Shown piece after piece: positions 22,528-28,880 of a DNA stretch of 28,880 nt; positions within the stretch are counted from its first letter, which is position 1, and every line of letters starts with the position of its first letter. Made by a program: the position numbers and the translations under genes. This DNA comes from Oscillospiraceae bacterium (GTDB lineage Bacteria; Bacillota; Clostridia; Oscillospirales; Ruminococcaceae): positions 1 to 28,880 of the forward strand of contig JAZQLL010000099.1 in NCBI GenBank assembly GCA_045542675.1. The letters run 5' to 3'. Below the pieces are notes generated by a model that did not search any database, was not told the origin of the DNA, and saw only the letters and a program-made list of their open reading frames with translations.

Positions 22528-22983
22528 TTATTTATCTTTTATCATGGATTTAAGCTCGTCCATAAATGCATCAATATCGGCAAACTGGCGGTAAACCGAT
22601 GCAAAACGGACATAGGAAACCTCATCAATAGGCTTTAAGTATTTCATAACGAGCTCACCAATACGATAAGATGTAACCTCTCTCTGAAGCGAATTTGAAA
22701 GTTCAGTTTCAATCTGGTCAACCATCTTTACGATATCCTCGATAGCGACAGGACGTTTTTCACACGAGCGAAGAATACCCCTCGTGAGCTTATCTCTATC
22801 AAAAGCCTCTCTCGACTTATCCTTTTTTACAACCATAATAGGAACGGTTTCAATAACCTCATAGGTTGTAAAACGGCAACCGCACTCGAGACACTCGCGG
22901 CGGCGGCGGATTTTTTCATTCTCGTCGGTAGGACGGGAATCTACTACTCGGCTTTCTCCAAAGCCACAAAAAGGACATCTCAT
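22528..22983 (-). CDS. nrdR: Transcriptional repressor NrdR
   Basis: MRCPFC...SRVVDSR...[21 protein letters not shown] cone, [15 protein letters not shown]. Confidence 0.97.
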   Translation of the reverse strand: MRCPFCGFGESRVVDSRPTDENEKIRRRRECLECGCRFTTYEVIETVPIMVVKKDKSREAFDRDKLTRGILRSCEKRPVAIEDIVKMVDQIETELSNSLQREVTSYRIGELVMKYLKPIDEVSYVRFASVYRQFADIDAFMDELKSMIKDK

Positions 22984-23014
22984 GAGGAATCCTCCCTTTT
23001 TTCGTCTTTTTTCT

Positions 23015-23043
23015 ATTTTACCAAAAAATATACAAATTGTAAA
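23015..23043 (-). promoter_or_regulatory. Putative sigma-A promoter of nrdR
   Basis: Minus strand TTTACA (23043-38), 17 bp spacer, TGgTAAAAT (TAAAAT 23020-15). Confidence 0.6.
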
Positions 23044-23045
23044 GA

Positions 23046-23828
23046 CTAAATTTTCACAGTTTTCTGAAGGAACTCCAGGCTCTCTATAAGCTCGCTATAT
23101 TCTTTATAGTTTTGCCTATAAACCTCGATAACTCCGTCTCCCTTAAAGCCTTTATCTACAAGGTATGAGAGCGTCTTATTAAAATCGCAAACGCCCTGAC
23201 CTGCCAAAAGGCAATCGTGATTTTGGTCGTAGTCATTTAAGTGAAGATGCATTATTTTATCACCCATAGCATCGGCAAGGCTCTGCCATGGCACCTCGCT
23301 TCTTCTAGCCTGCTTAAAATCGAGCACAAAGCGAACATCCCCGCCGAGTTGGCTGCTCATTTTACGAATGAACTCTAAATCTCGGCTACGGCATCTTGAA
23401 ACATTTTCCTGTGCAAGATACACACCCTCTCGCCTTGCCGCAGTGTAGAGCCGATGATACCTCTCGATGTATCTATCATCCTGATTTTGCCTATCCGCTC
23501 TGTCGCCGTGCAGCACCACTATTTCGGCGCCAAGTCTATTTGCGCAGTCAAAATACCTTTTCATATACTCAAGTCCGTCAGAAAAACGGCGCTCATAGTC
23601 CGAAAAGAGCATAAAAGGCTCAAAACTTGAGGTAAACGGGTGAAGCGAGGTCACATTTGTGCCGTTTGATTTAACGATTTTTTCTATTTCCGAGAGGATT
23701 TCACCCTCGGTTTCACAAGCGGAGTTAAAAAAGATTTCGATATTCCCAACGCCATTATCGCAAAGCATTTTAACTGCTTTTTCGGTATGCTCGGGGTATG
23801 TGCAGGCGGTTGAAATACCAAAATTCAT
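23046..23828 (-). CDS. Sugar phosphate isomerase/epimerase (xylose-isomerase-like TIM barrel)
   Basis: Pattern GNIEIF, SLHP, IVVLHG, AQENV, FVLDFKQ, HLHLND, VIEV; AAAGGAG RBS before ATG 23828. Confidence 0.8.
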   Translation of the reverse strand: MNFGISTACTYPEHTEKAVKMLCDNGVGNIEIFFNSACETEGEILSEIEKIVKSNGTNVTSLHPFTSSFEPFMLFSDYERRFSDGLEYMKRYFDCANRLGAEIVVLHGDRADRQNQDDRYIERYHRLYTAARREGVYLAQENVSRCRSRDLEFIRKMSSQLGGDVRFVLDFKQARRSEVPWQSLADAMGDKIMHLHLNDYDQNHDCLLAGQGVCDFNKTLSYLVDKGFKGDGVIEVYRQNYKEYSELIESLEFLQKTVKI

Positions 23829-23847
23829 TTTTATAACTCCTTTCACT

Positions 23848-25038
23848 TTATTTTATGTTAAGAGCCTCTTTTAAGGCACCGACTTTATCGGTCTTTTCAA
23901 ATGAAACGCCAAGGTCCTCTCTACCCATATGACCGTAAGCGGCGAGATTTCTGTAGATGGGGCGGCGCAGCTCTAGATCACGGATAATTGCCGAGGGACG
24001 AAGGTCAAACACTTCGTTTACTGCCTTTTCGATTTCCTCGTCGCTGAATTTTCCTGTACCGAATGTATCAACCATTACCGAAACGGGCTTTGCAACGCCG
24101 ATAGCGTAAGCGAGCTCTATCTCGCACTTATCGGCAATACCTGCAGCAACGATATTTTTAGCAACGTATCTTGCGGCGTAGGCAGCGCTTCTATCAACTT
24201 TTGTAGGGTCTTTACCCGAAAATGCTCCGCCACCGTGACGCGCCCAGCCGCCGTATGTATCGACGATTATCTTTCTGCCGGTAAGTCCGCTATCGCCCTG
24301 CGGTCCGCCTACTACAAAGCGGCCTGTGGGGTTTACAAAAATCTTGGTTTCATCCGAAATGAGTTCCTTAGGAACTGTAGGATATATTACGTTTTCGATA
24401 ATTTCGCGGCGAATCTGCTCAAGTTCTACCTTATCGCTATGCTGAGAAGAAACTACGATGGTATCGACAAAAACGGGCTTATCATTTTCATATTTTACAG
24501 TTACCTGGGTCTTTCCGTCAGGGCGAAGGTACGGCAGTGTGCCATTTTTTCTGACCTCGGTAAGCCTTTTCGCAAGTTTATGAGAAAGCGAAATGGGAAG
24601 GGGCATAAGTTCGGGGGTATCATTACAAGCGTAACCAAACATCATACCCTGGTCGCCCGCGCCGTTTTGCTCGTTCTCGTCGCCGTTACCCTCTTTCAGT
24701 TCGAGAGAGTTATCAACGCCGAGCGCAATATCGCAGGACTGCTCATCAAGTTTCATAAATACATCGCAGGTGTTACAGTCAAAACCGAACTCTGTGTTAT
24801 TATATCCAATATCGTTTACTACATTACGGGCAATTTTCTCAATATCAACCTTTGCAGAGGTACTGATTTCGCCCATAATCATAATCATACCGGTTGTAGT
24901 TGTAGTCTCGCAGGCAACTCTTGCCATTTTATCCTGCTCTAAAATTGCATCCAGAACCGCATCTGAAATCTGGTCGCATATTTTGTCGGGGTGACCTTCG
25001 GTTACCGATTCGGATGTAAAAAGAAAATTCCTACTCAT
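23848..25038 (-). CDS. metK: S-adenosylmethionine synthetase
   Basis: [59 protein letters not shown]. Confidence 0.98.
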   Translation of the reverse strand: MSRNFLFTSESVTEGHPDKICDQISDAVLDAILEQDKMARVACETTTTTGMIMIMGEISTSAKVDIEKIARNVVNDIGYNNTEFGFDCNTCDVFMKLDEQSCDIALGVDNSLELKEGNGDENEQNGAGDQGMMFGYACNDTPELMPLPISLSHKLAKRLTEVRKNGTLPYLRPDGKTQVTVKYENDKPVFVDTIVVSSQHSDKVELEQIRREIIENVIYPTVPKELISDETKIFVNPTGRFVVGGPQGDSGLTGRKIIVDTYGGWARHGGGAFSGKDPTKVDRSAAYAARYVAKNIVAAGIADKCEIELAYAIGVAKPVSVMVDTFGTGKFSDEEIEKAVNEVFDLRPSAIIRDLELRRPIYRNLAAYGHMGREDLGVSFEKTDKVGALKEALNIK

Positions 25039-25073
25039 ATTTTTTCTCCTTTATATCTGACATTTTATTACAT

Positions 25074-25104
25074 AAAAAATACCGCTCACCAAAAGATAAG
25101 CGGT
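25074..25104 (-). terminator. Expression-platform terminator of the SAM-I riboswitch
   Basis: Minus strand ACCGCTTATC-TTTT-GGTGAGCGGT followed by ATTTTTT. Confidence 0.8.
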
Positions 25105-25114
25105 AAAAACTACA

Positions 25115-25208
25115 CCTCATCTTTCGGATCATCCGCAGGATTTGGCACCTTGAAAACTCAGGTTGCCGGGCTTCACAGGGCCTGTCCCCTCCACCACTCT
25201 TGATAAGG
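25115..25208 (-). ncRNA. SAM-I (S-box) riboswitch aptamer
   Basis: Minus strand CTTATCAAGAGTGGTGGAGGGGACAGGCCCTGTGAAGCCCGGCAACC...GGTGCCAAATCC...GAAAGATGAGG; directly upstream of metK. Confidence 0.95.
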
Positions 25209-25234
25209 AATGATATTCTTTTTTGTTCGTTCTT

Positions 25235-25263
25235 ATTTTAATACTTATATATGCTTTTGTCAA
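25235..25263 (-). promoter_or_regulatory. Sigma-A promoter of the SAM-I/metK leader
   Basis: Minus strand TTGACA (25263-58), 17 bp spacer, TAAAAT (25240-35). Confidence 0.75.
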
Positions 25264-25266
25264 CCA

Positions 25267-25932
25267 CTAATTTTTGCCGAAAATAAGATTTCCGTTAAGC
25301 ACAAAAATTATGCAAAGCACTATAACTACAAGGGCAACAAGCGAAATGCTTGAAACGAGAACAAATTTCTTTGTGTCGGTTTGTTTGCCGCTTGACTCCA
25401 AAAGTTTTGACTTCTTAAGCGCCGCGGTTATAGGTTTATAAATTATCATGGTAATTGATGCATTGACGATGCCTTTAAATAGGTTAAAAGGCAGAAGCAG
25501 GGTTGGTATCATAGCAACCACCTGAGACCTGTCAACACCCATATAAAATGGTGTTATAAATGTGTTTGCCACAAGCATTACTGCGGTCATACCAAAAACG
25601 GCACAGATACTGCCGAAAATAGCGCCCGAAAGGGTACGTTTATATTTATAGAAAAGACCGCAGATTCCGGCAAAAGCGGCGCTTGACAGAGCGTTCATAA
25701 TAAATCCGTAAATTCCGGTATCGCTGACCGAAATAAATTCGATAAACGCTACAACAACTGCCGATGCCACCGCATATATGGGGCCGTACAAAAAAGCGGT
25801 TACTGCCAAAACGGCATCCTTAAAATCAAATGTCAGAAAAGACACCTTGAATTTAAAGAGAAATGTACACAAAAACGCCAGTGCGCAAAGCATCGAAACT
25901 ACCGAAAGTTTTCTTATGTTAACCTTTTTCAT
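25267..25932 (-). CDS. ribU: ECF transporter S-component, riboflavin (RibU-like)
   Basis: FLTFDFKDAVLA...YGP, NLFKG, multiple TM helices; preceded by an FMN riboswitch; GGAGG RBS before ATG 25932. Confidence 0.8.
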   Translation of the reverse strand: MKKVNIRKLSVVSMLCALAFLCTFLFKFKVSFLTFDFKDAVLAVTAFLYGPIYAVASAVVVAFIEFISVSDTGIYGFIMNALSSAAFAGICGLFYKYKRTLSGAIFGSICAVFGMTAVMLVANTFITPFYMGVDRSQVVAMIPTLLLPFNLFKGIVNASITMIIYKPITAALKKSKLLESSGKQTDTKKFVLVSSISLVALVVIVLCIIFVLNGNLIFGKN

Positions 25933-25942
25933 AACCGCCTCC

Positions 25943-25973
25943 AAAATAAAAAGCCCCGACAACAAGTCGGGGC
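25943..25973 (-). terminator. Expression-platform terminator of the FMN riboswitch
   Basis: Minus strand GCCCCGAC-TTGTT-GTCGGGGC then TTTTATTTT, just before the RBS. Confidence 0.85.
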
Positions 25974-25991
25974 GTAAAATACAAAATGCGC

Positions 25992-26119
25992 AATACACTA
26001 TTCCTTCCGGACTATACCGTCGGTTACGGATTCTAACCGTATCCTGCTTTCGCTCGCGGACTTATTGCTCTTGGCACTTCACCGCCGGTGGAGAATTTCA
26101 CTCCGCCCCTAACTGTATT
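25992..26119 (-). ncRNA. FMN (RFN) riboswitch aptamer
   Basis: Minus strand AGGGGCGGAGTGAAATTCTCCACCGGCGGT...AGTCCGCGAGC...CGGTTAGAATCCG...CCGACGGTATAGTCCGGA. Confidence 0.92.
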
Positions 26120-26127
26120 ACACTGAG

Positions 26128-26156
26128 ATTATAATACACCTAAAGGCTATTGTCAA
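26128..26156 (-). promoter_or_regulatory. Consensus sigma-A promoter of the FMN/ribU leader
   Basis: Minus strand TTGACA (26156-51), 17 bp spacer, TATAAT (26133-28). Confidence 0.85.
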
Positions 26157-26160
26157 GAGT

Positions 26161-26445
26161 TTAACTCGGAATATCTGTACCACTTTTTTCATTTATTGCC
26201 ATATAATAGTGGTCGAGGATGATTTTCTCTAAAGATTCTCGTGCCTCTTTTGTTATGGGGTGGACAACATCTCTGAAACTTCCGCCATCTTCCTTACGGC
26301 TGGGCATTGCGACAAATACCCTCTGCGGACCCTCAATCACCTTAATATCGTGCACCGCAAAGTCATCATCGATGGTAACCGAAACGAGCGCTTTCATTCT
26401 GCCTTCATCATAAAGTCTTCTGATTTTTACCTGGCTTACGTTCAT
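26161..26445 (-). CDS. spoVG: SpoVG family nucleic-acid-binding regulator
   Basis: VKIRRL...KALVSVTIDDDFAVHDIKVIEG...FVAMPSRK...FRDVVHPI. ATG 26445 preferred over 26454 by RBS spacing. Confidence 0.93.
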   Translation of the reverse strand: MNVSQVKIRRLYDEGRMKALVSVTIDDDFAVHDIKVIEGPQRVFVAMPSRKEDGGSFRDVVHPITKEARESLEKIILDHYYMAINEKSGTDIPS

Positions 26446-26620
26446 GTCTATCATTCTCCTTAGACTGAAAAATTTTGTGTACTACGCCTTTATTATCGCA
26501 AAATTTAAAAAGTTTTATTCAAATTTTCAAAAAAGTGTTTATTTTTTCTAAAGAAAGCAATATAATAGTAAGTGATAAAAATTCAAAATACATAATTTGC
26601 TAAAATGGAGGGAAGCTCTT

Positions 26621-27997
26621 TTGGCAATCGACTATAATATTTTAAACGGAAAAAGGCACATTCATTTTATCGGGATAGGCGGTAGCGGAATGTACCCTTT
26701 GGCGCAGATACTCTACGCTAAAGGCTACAATCTGTCCGGCTCTGATAACAATACAGGCGATACGCTTACTGCAGTTGAGCGTATGGGAATTCCCGTGTTT
26801 TTAGGTCACAGTGCCGACAATATAAATGGTGCCGATCTTATTGTGCACTCAGCGGCTATTATGAAGGACAATGTGGAACTTTGTGCCGCGCGCGAGAGAG
26901 GTATCCCCTGCATTGACCGTTCTGTTCTGCTCGGAATTGTTACGAGTTGGTACGAAAATGCGGTTTGCATCTGCGGAACTCACGGCAAAACCACCGCTTC
27001 TTCTATGCTTACCCACATTTATATGGATTGCGGTATGGACCCGACTACCGTTATAGGCGGCAAACTTGAGATTATCGGCGGTAGCGGCAGGGTTGGCTCG
27101 AGCGAAAATATGATCTGCGAGGCCTGCGAGTATGTTGACACATTCTTAAAACTTTCGCCCGACGTTGCGGTTATTCTTAACATTGACTGCGACCACATGG
27201 AGTATTTTAAAACGCTTGATAACCTCATTGCATCCTTCAGGACATTTGCCAAAATGGCTACTCGAATGGTTATTGTAAACGGTGATGATGAAAATTCTTT
27301 AAAGGCCGTAGAGGGTCTTGATAAAAAAATCGTAACTTTTGGTCTTTCGGAAAACTGCGACTACAGAGCGGGCAACATTTCAAGTGAGGTTTGTCACAAG
27401 ACCCACTCGCTTATAACCAAATTTACGGTATATAAACACGGCACAGAGCTTCAGGAAATTTCAATAAAAGTTCCCGGCAAACACAATGTTTATAACGCTC
27501 TTGCGGCTCTGGTTGCTGCAATGGAGACAGGTATCCTTTTAGATGATGCCGCCGCAGCGCTGCTCGGATTTAAGAGCGCGGCGCGCAGATTTGATGTTCT
27601 GGGACTTTATAACGGTGTTACAATAGCCGATGACTATGCCCACCACCCTGCCGAACTCGAGGCCACTTTAAATGCGGCTCTGTCGCTTGGCTTCAATAAG
27701 GTCTGGGCGGTTTTCCAGCCTTTTACCTACTCAAGAACGGCAATGCTTCTTGATGATTTTGCAAAGGTTCTTTCGCTTGCTGACAGAGTTATCCTCACTC
27801 CCATTATGGGCTCGAGAGAGATAAACACATTTGGCATCGAGTCAAAGCACCTTGCCGACAAGATAGACGGTGCGATCTTACTCGAAACATTCGAGGAAGT
27901 TGCCGAGTATGTAAAACAAAATGCACAGCCCGAAGACCTCGTTATAACACTGGGTTGCGGTGATATTTACAAGGCGGCAAAACTGATTGTAAAATAA
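26621..27997 (+). CDS. murC: UDP-N-acetylmuramate--L-alanine ligase
   Basis: HIHFIGIGGSGM, SGSD, CGTHGKTT, EACEY, NIDCDHM, DDYAHHP, FQPFTYSRT. TTG start 26621 with GGAGGG RBS 8 nt upstream. Confidence 0.95.
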   Translation: MAIDYNILNGKRHIHFIGIGGSGMYPLAQILYAKGYNLSGSDNNTGDTLTAVERMGIPVFLGHSADNINGADLIVHSAAIMKDNVELCAARERGIPCIDRSVLLGIVTSWYENAVCICGTHGKTTASSMLTHIYMDCGMDPTTVIGGKLEIIGGSGRVGSSENMICEACEYVDTFLKLSPDVAVILNIDCDHMEYFKTLDNLIASFRTFAKMATRMVIVNGDDENSLKAVEGLDKKIVTFGLSENCDYRAGNISSEVCHKTHSLITKFTVYKHGTELQEISIKVPGKHNVYNALAALVAAMETGILLDDAAAALLGFKSAARRFDVLGLYNGVTIADDYAHHPAELEATLNAALSLGFNKVWAVFQPFTYSRTAMLLDDFAKVLSLADRVILTPIMGSREINTFGIESKHLADKIDGAILLETFEEVAEYVKQNAQPEDLVITLGCGDIYKAAKLIVK

Positions 27998-28015
27998 TGT
28001 TAATATTGCACAAAT

Positions 28016-28052
28016 AAAAAGGTACGTCGACCAAAATCGACGTACCTTTTTT
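28016..28052 (+). terminator. Rho-independent terminator of murC
   Basis: AAAAAGGTACGTCGA-CCAAAA-TCGACGTACCTTTTTT. Confidence 0.88.
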
Positions 28053-28188
28053 CGACTTTTTTCAAAATACTCAGACGGTTTTCTCGAAATTTTAACGCTT
28101 TTTTCACGCCTTTTTAAGTTAAATGGCACAGTTATCAAAAAAATTTTTGTGCAGATTTAACAAAATTTTTTCACTATATAAAAAGTTA

Positions 28189-28217
28189 TTGACAAATACT
28201 GAGAAATTGTTTATAAT
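28189..28217 (+). promoter_or_regulatory. Consensus sigma-A promoter of the zinc-ribbon gene
   Basis: TTGACA (28189-94), 17 bp spacer, TATAAT (28212-17). Confidence 0.8.
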
Positions 28218-28223
28218 GTATTA

Positions 28224-28449
28224 TAGATTTTTGTGTGCAAACAAAAATCTGTGTCCGAACCGATTATGTACTACTTGCTTTTGTTTTTTTAAACTTAAAG
28301 CAGACCGCACGTTATTGGGTTCTTTAAGTAGAAACTTAGGGGATATCCCCTTTGTGATATATGCCCGTAATTTTTTAACGATTGTTGTTGTTACAATAGT
28401 TGCGGTGAAAATCCGCGGGTAAATAAAAAAATAAAAGCGAGGAAAGACC
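28224..28449 (+). promoter_or_regulatory. Long (about 225 nt) structured 5' leader
   Basis: No plus-strand coding evidence between the promoter and ATG 28450; hairpins at 28225-28250, 28292-28329 and 28338-28351. Confidence 0.5.
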
Positions 28450-28734
28450 ATGTACGAAGACAAGACTTTAGTTTGCAAAGAATGCGGCGCAGAGTTCGTA
28501 TTCACTGCAGGCGAGCAGGAGTTCTATGCAGAGAAAGGCTTTACAAACGAGCCCCAGAGATGCAAAGAATGCCGCGCAGCCAGAAAAGCAGCTGCAAGAC
28601 CTGAAAGAGAAATGTTCACCGCTGTTTGCGCAGAGTGCGGAAAAGAGGCAACAGTTCCCTTCAGACCCCGTGAGGACAGACCTGTTTATTGCAGCGAGTG
28701 CTTCGCAAAGATGAAAGAAGAAAGCGCTGAATAA
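28450..28734 (+). CDS. Double zinc-ribbon protein (zf-trcl-like + CxxC-x17-CxxC domain)
   Basis: DKTLVCKECGAEFVFTAGEQEFYAEKGF.NEPQRCKECR, then CAECG...VPFRP...RPVYCSEC; GAGGA RBS. Confidence 0.9.
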   Translation: MYEDKTLVCKECGAEFVFTAGEQEFYAEKGFTNEPQRCKECRAARKAAARPEREMFTAVCAECGKEATVPFRPREDRPVYCSECFAKMKEESAE

Positions 28735-28756
28735 GCTTTTTCAATATTTCAAAATT

Positions 28757-28790
28757 AAAACCGCTTTGGAATAATCCAAAGCGGTTTTTA
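28757..28790. terminator. Bidirectional terminator
   Basis: AAAACCGCTTTGGA-ATAA-TCCAAAGCGGTTTTT perfect 14-bp inverted repeat. Confidence 0.88.
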
Positions 28791-28793
28791 ATT

Positions 28794-28880
28794 TTACTTT
28801 TTAAGCGAAGTGTTGTATATCTTTTTTACTGCATCTACCTGCTTGTCATACGAAGCTTTATCAGTTCCCTCTTTATATAC
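28794..28880 (-). CDS. 3' end of a gene entering from the right edge (VYKEGTDKASYDKQVDAVKKIYNTSLKK*), product unknown
   Basis: Minus-strand frame is open from the window end to TAA at 28796-28794, immediately followed by the terminator. Confidence 0.55.
   Translation of the reverse strand, partial: VYKEGTDKASYDKQVDAVKKIYNTSLKK

Noticed and set aside
24235-24942. 235-aa ORF antisense to metK (similarly 2228-2815, 13124-13744, 20311-20757)
   Set aside because: Entirely antisense to conserved genes, with no motifs or RBS; expected codon-bias shadows.
28123-28505. Opposing ORFs 28123-28422 (+) and 28221-28505 (-)
   Set aside because: Low-complexity AT-rich translations overlapping a consensus promoter and leader; no RBS support.

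Overview
28.9 kb chromosomal window from a low-GC Firmicute. Gene content, sigma-A promoters, spoVG, SAM-I/FMN riboswitches and ECF S-components suggest Clostridia, possibly Oscillospiraceae/Ruminococcaceae-like; this is inferred, not tested. It is mostly housekeeping: GltS-type symporter, tRNA-Leu(TAG), AraC plus GH31 glycosidase, nifZ/iscS-thiI, glnS, gltX, tspO, gap, tRNA-Lys(TTT), galE-coaX-ECF S, nrdR, SAM-I-metK, FMN riboswitch-ribU-like, spoVG, murC and a zinc-ribbon protein. I see no transposase, integrase, prophage gene or CRISPR array. Most unusual: (1) an in-frame CinA(PncC)-TM-class B sortase-(ETPS)15 fusion ending the iscS-thiI operon; (2) a co-oriented Nudix / DUF523(TudS-like) / YgjP trio directly upstream of iscS-thiI, a candidate 4-thiouridine write-and-recycle locus; (3) a roughly 135-170 bp palindrome-rich element after tRNA-Leu, bounded by an inverted copy of the T-arm and a direct copy of the tRNA 3' end; (4) an orphan kinase lacking the H-box His; (5) two riboswitch units in series with no intervening terminators; (6) a long structured leader before the zinc-ribbon gene. 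Product calls come from motif recognition by eye; no database searches were run.
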